Of a stretch of 64,000 nucleotides of DNA, positions 27,684 to 35,974 are shown piece by piece (position 1 is the first letter of the stretch; every line of letters starts with the position of its first letter). The translations under genes were made by a program, and so were the position numbers. The stretch is from an uncultured Acidimicrobiales bacterium (GTDB taxonomy: Bacteria; Actinomycetota; Acidimicrobiia; Acidimicrobiales; UBA10347): assembly GCA_937991435.1 (NCBI GenBank), contig CALKPY010000094.1, forward strand, positions 15,262 to 79,261, in the 5' to 3' direction. The notes below the pieces were generated by a model. The model worked only from the letters and a program-made list of their open reading frames with translations, did not search any database and was not told where the DNA came from.

Positions 27684-28952
27684 TCAGGAATCAACGACGC
27701 CATCGCACAGATCACTCTGGTCTTTGGTCGCAAGTACCCGCAACGCCCGTTGGGCAACAAGATCAGCAAACTCGACGTCGTCTTGCATCACCCGCGTCAG
27801 GTGGTCAAGAACTGGCCCAACATCAGATAGGGCGCCCAGAATCACGATGTCAGATCCGGCTCGAAGCGAACGTTCAGCGGCCTGCACCGTGCCGTAGCTG
27901 TTCACGATGGCACCCATATTGATGGCATCGGTAAATACCAACCCATCGAAACCGAGTTCTGTTCTGAGTAGTCCATCGACAGTTTCTCGCGAAAGGCTCG
28001 TTGGTTCGCCGTCGCTCAATCCTGGCACGGAGAGGTGGCCGATCATGACGGCTGACTCTGCAATTAGCTCTGGCCGTTCCAGCAGGGTTTGATATGGCAC
28101 AAGGTCCCATTTGCGGACTTCGTCGATCGCGGGAGTCGACGGGAGTTCAAGATGCGAATCCGCAGACGCTCGACCGTGTCCAGGAAAGTGCTTGAACACC
28201 GGGGTGATGCCTGCACGAACCAGTCCCGATGCAACTGCTCCGGCGAAGTCGGCAACGATGTCGGGGGTATCGCCAAAGGAGCGGCTGAGAATTCCCGGTG
28301 CGCTTCCGACATCGAGAACTGGACCGAAGAAAACATCAATGCCAAGATTCGAGGCACGAGTCGCATAGTCGAACCACATCTGCTCCACTTGCTCGGTCGA
28401 CATCGTGGTTGCCATCGTCTTCGCCGAGGGCATCGCTCCTAACACCGCGTCGAGCCGTTGAACGGAACCGCCTTCTTCGTCGCTCGCGACAAGCACGTGC
28501 GCGAACGAACGATCCTGCAAGGCTGCAAGCCCCTCAGCCAGACCTGCCCCCGGTGTACCGAGAAGGCCGATTCCGCCAAGGTCACCGACTGCTGCAATGT
28601 CTGCAGCAGCGATGAGCTCCGGCTCTGTCACCAGGGCCAAGAGCAGCTGAGCTGCCTGATGGCGAGGAGTCAGGCACGCCAAGAGGTCAGGCTCTGGCAT
28701 TGCGGTCTCGATTGTTGGCTCGATTCCAACCGTTGATGTCGGCGTAGCCGTGACCACCACAGGTGCCGTGGTCGGCACAGCCGTCGGCTCCACCCCTCGT
28801 TCGGGGCCTGGTGCCGATGCTGACTCCAGCTCTGGCTCAGAGCCAGAAGAACTCCCCGCGCATGAGGCTGCGAACACAAGCAACCCACAAGCCGCCAACG
28901 ACAGCGAACGCAGAGCTCGCCCCAACGCAACGAAAGCAAACCGGGAGCGCAC
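27684..28952 (-). CDS. glycoside hydrolase family 3 (NagZ-like beta-N-acetylhexosaminidase) lipoprotein
   Basis: KHFPGHGRASADSHLELP and GFDGLVFTDAINMGA are GH3 N-domain motifs. Lipobox VFAASC. I set the start at GTG 28952 (VRSRFAFVALG...); the ORF-track ATG at 29066 is also possible. Confidence 0.8.
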   Translation of the reverse strand: MRSRFAFVALGRALRSLSLAACGLLVFAASCAGSSSGSEPELESASAPGPERGVEPTAVPTTAPVVVTATPTSTVGIEPTIETAMPEPDLLACLTPRHQAAQLLLALVTEPELIAAADIAAVGDLGGIGLLGTPGAGLAEGLAALQDRSFAHVLVASDEEGGSVQRLDAVLGAMPSAKTMATTMSTEQVEQMWFDYATRASNLGIDVFFGPVLDVGSAPGILSRSFGDTPDIVADFAGAVASGLVRAGITPVFKHFPGHGRASADSHLELPSTPAIDEVRKWDLVPYQTLLERPELIAESAVMIGHLSVPGLSDGEPTSLSRETVDGLLRTELGFDGLVFTDAINMGAIVNSYGTVQAAERSLRAGSDIVILGALSDVGPVLDHLTRVMQDDVEFADLVAQRALRVLATKDQSDLCDGVVDS

Positions 28953-29092
28953 CTGCGCTCTGGGGAAGCTGGTCGATGGTCGTGACACGCCGGTGAGCGT
29001 AGAAGAGCCCGGTCGACAATAGGCGGAGGGGTGCGCGCACCGTCTTGAGGGGGTGCCGCCTGTCACAGCGGGCTATGCCCTAGCGTTTTGCT

Positions 29093-29842
29093 GTGATCCC
29101 CGAGCCCGTCCCAGCAAACACAGCGTCGTCTCGTCGCCGAGCGCGATGGATCGCAGCGGCGAGCGCGGTCGTGACAGTCGCCGCCATCGCGGCGGCGTGC
29201 GGCGGGTCTGATGACACCTTGACCACGTCCGAAGCCGAGACAGCTGAGGTGGTTGCGGAAACATCGACTCCAAGGCCAACCCGAACACAGGTCTCCGTGC
29301 CCACGAGTAGTCCGCTGCCCTCAGCGACCTCACTACCGACGGCGACTGCGCTTCCGCTCGATGCGCCAACACCCGCGGTAATCATTCTTGAGGGAGCGTT
29401 CACGAACTCATCGCGGGTTACAACGGTAGGCATCGACGAAGTGTTCTTCGGCATGCAGGCAGCCGAAGCAGCCGAAGCAGCGTCGACCGAATGGGTCGGC
29501 GAGCCCAACGATGATTCGGATTGTTACCTCGTGACACCGATTGACGGACCCGATCGCATAACGCTATGGGTCGTCAATGGGCGAATCGAGGCGGTCGACA
29601 TTGCCCACCCTGAGATCCGAACACCATCAAAATTTGGCGTTGGCAACACACTCGAAGAGCTTCAAACCCAACTCGGTGATCGCCTCACCACCACAAACAA
29701 CGCGAATGGTTCCGTGACTGCAACCTTCACCCCAACTGACGACGGCGACAAGGATTATCGACTGATCTTCGAAGTCGTCGATAACCGTGTTGCCTCGTAT
29801 CGCGCTGGCCGGGTCGGTGTGGTCGACCGCTCTAGCTGCTAA
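29093..29842 (+). CDS. hypothetical lipoprotein
   Basis: Signal peptide plus lipobox (AAIAAAC), then a T/S/P-rich linker and a ~130-aa globular domain. Confidence 0.6.
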   Translation: MIPEPVPANTASSRRRARWIAAASAVVTVAAIAAACGGSDDTLTTSEAETAEVVAETSTPRPTRTQVSVPTSSPLPSATSLPTATALPLDAPTPAVIILEGAFTNSSRVTTVGIDEVFFGMQAAEAAEAASTEWVGEPNDDSDCYLVTPIDGPDRITLWVVNGRIEAVDIAHPEIRTPSKFGVGNTLEELQTQLGDRLTTTNNANGSVTATFTPTDDGDKDYRLIFEVVDNRVASYRAGRVGVVDRSSC

Positions 29843-30374
29843 CCGGCACCGACGCCACAAGTTCCATTGACCATCGCGGATCCAGCGTTGATGGCTCGGT
29901 GACAACGGTTGTTGAGGGCCCTAGCGCAGCGAGCTGTAGGCGTTGTATGACCCGGTCAGCCGGGCGCTGACCAATAGCGAGGACAACCAGTTCGCCTGGC
30001 CGGCTCAGCACTTCAACCTCGAGATCGGCTTCAGCTCGCAGTACCTGGTCGGTCCAACCCCTCAACGCGGGATCGCCACCCGGCGGCAACCCCTCGCGCC
30101 GCACCCAATGCTTCTGGGCCTTACCACCAGGCACTCGCAGACCGCTCAACCGCAACGAGCGCACGATGTCTCGCGGGTCAACCAACGTGGCGACCTCACA
30201 AGCGGCTGGCCACAACTCTTCTGGCACGTCGTAGTGATCGAGACCAAACGACATGTACCGCAAGCCAATCAAGCGAGCGAAACCGTGAAGCTCATCAGCT
30301 GACGTATCGCTGATCAAGTGAGCCCATAGTCGGCCGCGCCAACGCCAACGCGGCGTGTCAATAAGCAGACTCAA
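29832..30374 (-). CDS. DUF4031-domain protein
   Basis: LIDTPRWRWRGRLWAHLISDTSADELHGFARLIGL....HYDV is the DUF4031 core. I set the start at TTG 30374, just after the dut stop. The ORF-track start at 30515 would overlap dut. Confidence 0.6.
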   Translation of the reverse strand: MSLLIDTPRWRWRGRLWAHLISDTSADELHGFARLIGLRYMSFGLDHYDVPEELWPAACEVATLVDPRDIVRSLRLSGLRVPGGKAQKHWVRREGLPPGGDPALRGWTDQVLRAEADLEVEVLSRPGELVVLAIGQRPADRVIQRLQLAALGPSTTVVTEPSTLDPRWSMELVASVPVSS

Positions 30375-30381
30375 GAGAGCG

Positions 30382-30822
30382 CTACTTGCGACCGGTTGAC
30401 CCGAAGCCGCCGACACCGCGTTCTGAGTCATCAAGCTCGTCGACTTCGACGAACTCAACGGTCGCATACGGTTGAATGACGAGTTGGGCAACCCGCTCCC
30501 CGCGGACAACCTCAAATGCTGCAGTCGGGTCGGTATTGATTAGCAATACTTTGAGCTCACCCCGATAGCCGCTGTCGATCAGACCCGGAGTGTTCAACAC
30601 AGTGACGCCGTGTTTGAGCGCCAACCCACTTCGCGGCTGCACAAAACCGGCGTAGCCCACAGGAATCGCGATGGCGAACCCCGTCGCAACGAGCGCTCGT
30701 GCACCACCGGCAGCGAGCGTCAACGACTCTGCAGCGCGCAGGTCGATGCCAGCGTCGCCAACCGAGGCATGAGACGGAAGTTCAAGTTCGGGGTCAAGGC
30801 GTTTCAGCGGAATCGAGAGCAC
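30382..30822 (-). CDS. dut: dUTP diphosphatase
   Basis: [17 protein letters not shown] and [11 protein letters not shown] motifs. Confidence 0.9.
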   Translation of the reverse strand: MLSIPLKRLDPELELPSHASVGDAGIDLRAAESLTLAAGGARALVATGFAIAIPVGYAGFVQPRSGLALKHGVTVLNTPGLIDSGYRGELKVLLINTDPTAAFEVVRGERVAQLVIQPYATVEFVEVDELDDSERGVGGFGSTGRK

Positions 30823-30876
30823 CCATTCACGCTAACGGACTGGGACGCAGCCAACAGCGGCGGGTACGGTGACCCG

Positions 30877-31431
30877 GTGCTCGCCTGGATGGACCTTGAA
30901 ATGACCGGCCTCGACCCTGGTCGACACGTCATTGTCGAAATTGCAACGATCATCACCGATGACGAACTCAACATCGTGGCCGAGGGGCCCGACATTGTTG
31001 TGCATGCCACCGAACCCGAACTGGCCGAGATGGACGACTTTGTCGTCAATATGCACACCCACAGTGGACTCCTCGAACAGATCCGAGCTTCCGACGTTTC
31101 ACTCGAGCAGGCAGGCCGCGAGACAATGGAGTTCCTTCGGGCCCACATTCCCAAGGCTCGATCAGTTCCCCTTTGCGGCAATTCGATCGGAACCGACCGC
31201 CGCTTCCTCGCCGCGTATCTGCCCGAGATCGAGGAATACCTGCATTACCGCTCGGTCGATGTTTCGACAATCAAGGAACTCGGGCGACGTTGGTACCCGC
31301 GAGCTCTTGCTGACATGCCTGCCAAAGACGGCGGCCACCGGGCCCTCGATGACATTCGGGAAAGCCTCGAAGAACTCCGCTACTGGCGAGGCGCGGTGTT
31401 CGTCGATCGGGCAACCGAAGCAGGAGAATGA
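30877..31431 (+). CDS. orn: oligoribonuclease
   Basis: DEDDh motifs WMDLEMTGLD, ...HSGL... and GNSIGTDRRFL...HYRSVDVST. Start (GTG 30877) is approximate. The ORF-track start at 30610 overlaps dut. Confidence 0.85.
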   Translation: MLAWMDLEMTGLDPGRHVIVEIATIITDDELNIVAEGPDIVVHATEPELAEMDDFVVNMHTHSGLLEQIRASDVSLEQAGRETMEFLRAHIPKARSVPLCGNSIGTDRRFLAAYLPEIEEYLHYRSVDVSTIKELGRRWYPRALADMPAKDGGHRALDDIRESLEELRYWRGAVFVDRATEAGE

Positions 31432-32486
31432 GCACAGAAGCGCACCAAGGCGCACCGAGGTCCGAGAAGCGCAAAGCAACCACAGACGTAACCGAACTTG
31501 CGCCCGGTGTACTGCGATCAGAACTGCCAATCAATCTGCCAGGCCTGGGGCACGTGAATTGCTACATGCTCCAAGACGGCGACGGCGTTGCCCTCGTCGA
31601 CCCCGGCCTGCCCGGTGAAGACTCGTGGAATGCCCTCGTCGATCGCCTCAAGCGAGCGCACTACCGGGTGAGCGATGTGCACACGGTGATCGTTACCCAC
31701 TCACACTTTGATCACTACGGCGGCGCCGAGCGTCTACGCGAAGAGGCTGGCGCCCGCATTGTCGGGCATTCGAGCCTTGCTCACTGGCGAAGCAAGCCCG
31801 AGCTGCACGATGTCAGCGAGTTCATGGCCCCTGACGACATCGAACAGCGAATCCCGCCAAACGACGGACCGCTCGGCCATTGGACACCCTGGGGAACGTG
31901 GTCACAGCCACCCGCAGAGATCATCGAGCATTGGCAAAAACTCGGCGTCGAAGATTTCGAGACGCCGGCGATCGATCATGCACTAGACGACGGCAACACA
32001 ATCACGCTTGCCCGACGCGAATGGGTGACCGTGCACACGCCCGGCCACACCGCCGACCACGTCTGTCTGTACGACGCCGACGCAGGCTTGATGATCACCG
32101 GTGACCATGTGCTGCCGACGATCACGCCGCACATCAGTGGGTTTGCGGCGCCCAACGGGCCTCTCGGCCACTTCTTTGACTCTCTGCAACGCATGCACGA
32201 ATTCACCGATGTCACGCTCGCGCTCCCCGCTCACGGTGATCCATTCGATGACCTCTACGGTCGAGCAGACTCGATCTGCGCTCACCATGATGGTCGACTT
32301 GATGAGATTCGATCGTTGAACAATAACGGTGAACCAGCGTCGGTCGAGGAATACATGAAGCACCTCTTTCGCGAGCGTTCGTGGGGCGACATGGCAGCGA
32401 GCGAAACGTATGCACACCTCGTCCACCTTCGCGACGCAGGTGAGTTGACGACCACGTGGTCCGATGGGCTGATGCACTTCCACTAA
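31428..32486 (+). CDS. MBL-fold metallo-hydrolase
   Basis: VIVTHSHFDHYGG (HxHxDH) motif and downstream HTPGHT. ATGA overlap with orn. Confidence 0.85.
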   Translation: MSTEAHQGAPRSEKRKATTDVTELAPGVLRSELPINLPGLGHVNCYMLQDGDGVALVDPGLPGEDSWNALVDRLKRAHYRVSDVHTVIVTHSHFDHYGGAERLREEAGARIVGHSSLAHWRSKPELHDVSEFMAPDDIEQRIPPNDGPLGHWTPWGTWSQPPAEIIEHWQKLGVEDFETPAIDHALDDGNTITLARREWVTVHTPGHTADHVCLYDADAGLMITGDHVLPTITPHISGFAAPNGPLGHFFDSLQRMHEFTDVTLALPAHGDPFDDLYGRADSICAHHDGRLDEIRSLNNNGEPASVEEYMKHLFRERSWGDMAASETYAHLVHLRDAGELTTTWSDGLMHFH

Positions 32487-32664
32487 GAAATCGATGTGGA
32501 AAAAACTCATATCGCAGCTGCTTAAAAAGGCTGACATCTCAACGATTTTGAGCCCGTGTAGCTAGCTAGTGCGTCTCACGACACAGCCAATATCGAATAA
32601 TCATTTGACAATCCTAGCGAAACCTTGTTCGCTGGTCCTTGTCCCGACCGACCCGGAGTTCGCC

Positions 32665-32889
32665 ATGAGCACCCAGCTATGCACACGAACCGAGCGCCCG
32701 CAGCGTTCGGTTGCGCGCGTGCTCGCCGGTGCATCGACCCAGGGTCGCCTTGCCCAAAATCGGCCAACTGTGACCGATATGGCGACCAAGGCGATGTTTG
32801 TTTGGTCTGACAAGCCGTTCGTCCCCGCCCTTGCCACGTGCACGATTCATAACGGTTATGAACGGCGGCTCCAGGAGATGCGTACCTAA
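32665..32889 (+). promoter_or_regulatory. candidate leader uORF in the whiB7-like 5' leader
   Basis: ATG 32665 to TAA 32887-32889 (74 codons; an internal ATG gives a 36-codon alternative). It ends 23 nt before the attenuator stem, and its last codons contain the anti-terminator segment. Confidence 0.4.
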
Positions 32890-32912
32890 AAGGAACGCAA
32901 CACTCACTTCTG

Positions 32913-32953
32913 AAGCCGCCGGATCACTGATTCCGGCGGCTTTGTTGCTTTTG
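32913..32953 (+). terminator. intrinsic terminator/attenuator in the whiB7-like leader
   Basis: Perfect 11-bp stem AAGCCGCCGGA (32913-32923) / TCCGGCGGCTT (32932-32942), an 8-nt loop, then TGTTGCTTTTG. It lies 62 nt upstream of the whiB7-like ATG. Confidence 0.7.
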
Positions 32954-33015
32954 CCCCGACCCACCACTGTCCCTGTCCCCGACCCAACAACCACTTTCAC
33001 TGGAAGAGAAACCTC

Positions 33016-33375
33016 ATGGTCTCCACCATTTCCATCGACACCGACCAGGAAACCGGCTTTGAGCCGTGGCGAGCACAGGCAAGCTGCGGCACGATCAACG
33101 GCACTTTGGCGGCGACGTTCTTTAGCGAAGAGCTGCAAGACATTGCGACAGCCAAACGGGTCTGTGAGAGCTGCCCTGTGATAGCCGAGTGCCTCGAAGG
33201 CGCGCTAGAGCGTCACGAGCCGTTTGGCGTCTGGGGTGGGCAGCTGTTCCTCAACGGACGGGTTCTTACCGCCAAGCGCCGTCGCGGCCGCCCGCCAAAG
33301 GTCGCTCGGCCCGAGGATGACTTCCCGATCATCGCTGTTCCCGAGCGTCTCGTGCCGTTGCTACGCACCGCCTGA
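33016..33375 (+). CDS. whiB7: WhiB-family [4Fe-4S] transcription factor with a C-terminal AT-hook (WhiB7-like)
   Basis: Four Cys (C-x24-C-x2-C-x5-C: ...QASCGT...AKRVCESCPVIAECL), the FGVWGG turn, and then KRRRGRPPK (an RGRP AT-hook). Confidence 0.8.
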   Translation: MVSTISIDTDQETGFEPWRAQASCGTINGTLAATFFSEELQDIATAKRVCESCPVIAECLEGALERHEPFGVWGGQLFLNGRVLTAKRRRGRPPKVARPEDDFPIIAVPERLVPLLRTA

Positions 33376-33587
33376 GCCTGCAACAGATCTCTGTACAAGT
33401 TGTGGCGCCGCTTTGACGAGCTGCAGCTGCGTATGGATCTTTTCTCGCTCACTGGCCAAACTCTGCATTCCTAAAACGAACTGTTTCTTGTTCGGTAAGG
33501 AATGCAGCAGCGATGCCGGGGGGTTTGTGACTGTCAATCGAGCTCCTGCCTGCCGTACACGGTCGGCGCATGATGGAATGAGACGAC

Positions 33588-34235
33588 ATGACACATACCC
33601 CCCGGCGCTGCAAACCGAACAACAGTCGCATTCGCCCAGTATTGGCGGTGTTGTTAACGTTGCTGATCGTCGCCTCGAGCTGTGCCAGCGATGAACCCGT
33701 AGCCATAGCGACCAACGATGGCGGCGTGCTCGTCAAACCGCCAGATGTTCTCGACGGCGATGCCCCGGTTGAAGCCACCGACGCCGACGCGGTTGACGAC
33801 GCCGACGCTGCACCTGCACCTGACGTTGTGGATTTCACCTGGTTCGACGGAACGCCCGGGTCGACCGCAGATTTCGCCGGTGAACCAACGGTCGTTAACT
33901 TCTGGGCCAGTAACTGCCCTCCGTGCGTGGCCGAAATGCCTGAGTTCGAGTCGGTTTATCAGGCGATCGGCGATCGCGTCTCATTCGTGGGCGTGAACGT
34001 GGCTGACATTCGCACCGAAGCCGACCGGCTCGCTGACCAAACGGGCGTCAGTTACCCGCTTGTCGAAGATCCAGACTCCGCAGTCTTTCGTGCGTATAGG
34101 GGCTTTGTCATGCCCACGACGGTGTTCTTGAACGAAACCGGGCAGCCAGTGTTCACCTGGTCTGGAGTTCTCACGGGCGAGGAACTCCGCATTCTCATCG
34201 ATCGCCACATAGCCCCTGGGAGTCTCGATGTTTGA
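33588..34235 (+). CDS. TlpA/ResA-family thiol-disulfide oxidoreductase lipoprotein
   Basis: Lipobox IVASSC and a thioredoxin fold with VVNFWASNCPPCVAEMPEF. Confidence 0.85.
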   Translation: MTHTPRRCKPNNSRIRPVLAVLLTLLIVASSCASDEPVAIATNDGGVLVKPPDVLDGDAPVEATDADAVDDADAAPAPDVVDFTWFDGTPGSTADFAGEPTVVNFWASNCPPCVAEMPEFESVYQAIGDRVSFVGVNVADIRTEADRLADQTGVSYPLVEDPDSAVFRAYRGFVMPTTVFLNETGQPVFTWSGVLTGEELRILIDRHIAPGSLDV

Positions 34236-35352
34236 CGCCGATCTTGCGTTTCCGTTCACACTTGGCCTGGTGGCGGCGTTTAATCCATGTGGGTTCGCGA
34301 TGTTGCCCGTCTATGTGTCGTTCTTTCTCGGGACAAACAGCGCCGATGACACCAGCTCGACCCGCAACGTGCTGCGAGCTCTCAAAGTTGGGTTTGCGCT
34401 CACAGCCGGCTTCATCGCCGTGTTTGGCGCTGTCGGACTGATGACCACCAGCCTGCTCAAAGGCGTCCCCATCACCCGCTACACGCCGTACGTGACCTTT
34501 GGCTTGGGATTCTTGTTGATTCCGCTTGGCCTGGCCATGCTCCGAGGCTTCGAACCAAAGATCGCGACCCCCCGACTTGAAAAGGGTGGCGACTCAGGCG
34601 AGATGAAGTCGATGTTCTTGTTTGGTGTGAGCTACGCAGTTGTATCTCTCGGCTGCACACTGCCTCTGTTCATCGCCAACGTCACCAATGTCTTTACCGC
34701 CGATGGCTATTTCGATGGCGTGCTCGTCTTCATTGCTTACGCCGTGGGAATGGGCGCGGTGATCATGACCCTCACCATTGGTTTGGCGATGGCTCGCACC
34801 TCGATTGCCACGAACATGCGCAAGGTATTGCCCTGGGTCAACCGCATCTCGGGAGTACTCCTTGCACTCTCTGGTGCGTACCTGATCGTGTACGGCTGGT
34901 GGGAAATTCAGATCTTCCGCGGCAACATCACGTCGAATCGTCTGGTGACGTTCTTTGAGAACATGCAGACCGAGGTCACCATCTGGATTCAGGAAACCGG
35001 CGCCACCAGACTCGGCGTTGGCTTGCTGTTGATCATCGGCGCTGCACTTGTTCGAGCACTCTGGGGCAATCTCGACAAGCCCACCAAGGCCATCGCTGGC
35101 ACCGGACTCATCGTCGCGTGGGGGTTGGCGGAGTTCGCTTGGCAAGGCGCCAACTTGTTCATCTTGCCGGTGATCCGCACCATTGGTGACCTTCCGGAAC
35201 GACTCGGCAATTGGTTCACCGATCCGATTCGTTGGGCTGTTCTCGGCGAGGTTCTCATAATCGCGGCCATTGCCTGGACCGTCTGGTTCCGGGTCCGCCG
35301 TCAGCGCGACACGCCACCGGTTGGGGTTGGCGGAGACCTCAGCCGCGCGTGA
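34228..35352 (+). CDS. CcdA/DsbD-family cytochrome c biogenesis thiol transporter (with extra C-terminal TM helices)
   Basis: AAFNPCGFAMLP and VVSLGCTLPLF are the two conserved Cys-containing helices. It overlaps the tlpA-like gene by 8 nt. Confidence 0.85.
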   Translation: MFDADLAFPFTLGLVAAFNPCGFAMLPVYVSFFLGTNSADDTSSTRNVLRALKVGFALTAGFIAVFGAVGLMTTSLLKGVPITRYTPYVTFGLGFLLIPLGLAMLRGFEPKIATPRLEKGGDSGEMKSMFLFGVSYAVVSLGCTLPLFIANVTNVFTADGYFDGVLVFIAYAVGMGAVIMTLTIGLAMARTSIATNMRKVLPWVNRISGVLLALSGAYLIVYGWWEIQIFRGNITSNRLVTFFENMQTEVTIWIQETGATRLGVGLLLIIGAALVRALWGNLDKPTKAIAGTGLIVAWGLAEFAWQGANLFILPVIRTIGDLPERLGNWFTDPIRWAVLGEVLIIAAIAWTVWFRVRRQRDTPPVGVGGDLSRA

Positions 35353-35974
35353 GTTCGCCCCAGGAGTTTGCCGCGTCGACGAGACCGTCGATCAGAGCTT
35401 GCACCTGCGGCGCGCGCCCCATCTCACCGCGGTCACTCCAATGTCGGCCGGCTCGGTTCCACCGCACCGTGGGCGGAAGCTCGATCTGCACTCCTGCCCC
35501 AGTAGGCAGATTGACCGGGTTGGCTTCGTGCATGCCAGCGAGTTCTTTGGGTAGGTCCAGCACATTTTCGATGATGTCGTAGTCAGGAAGCCGACGACGA
35601 AGATCCTGCGCCACGACTGCGGCCAGTTCTCGGTTTTGGCCACCGAGAAGCAACGCGTGCCATAGTCGCTTACGCCCGAATCCGTGAATGGTGACTACTG
35701 CATCGACGTGCTCGACGAACGACCTCAACTCTGGTGACGATGCCGGGTCGACTGTCTTTGACGGCAAATGCACGACGGTGTCCGCCGTCTGCAGTACGCC
35801 GTAGTAGGAACAGTTCGACCGTCGGGCTGCCTCTTCGGCGATCACATCGGTGACCTTTTCGAGTCGGCCACCGTGGTACGCCATGAACCCGAGCGTCGGC
35901 GAGCGGAGCACGCACACTTCTTCGACGCTGGGCTGTGCGAGAAGCGCTGCGAACGATGGGACAGCAGCAGTCAC
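35339..35974 (-). CDS. DUF867 / poly-gamma-glutamate hydrolase-like family protein
   Basis: LGFMAYHGG..E..T..IA.......SYY.....VHLPS...D......VVTIHGF...LLGG...ELA matches the DUF867 (PghP-like) pattern. GTG start shares 1 nt with the E2 stop. Confidence 0.7.
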   Translation of the reverse strand: MTAAVPSFAALLAQPSVEEVCVLRSPTLGFMAYHGGRLEKVTDVIAEEAARRSNCSYYGVLQTADTVVHLPSKTVDPASSPELRSFVEHVDAVVTIHGFGRKRLWHALLLGGQNRELAAVVAQDLRRRLPDYDIIENVLDLPKELAGMHEANPVNLPTGAGVQIELPPTVRWNRAGRHWSDRGEMGRAPQVQALIDGLVDAANSWGELTRG

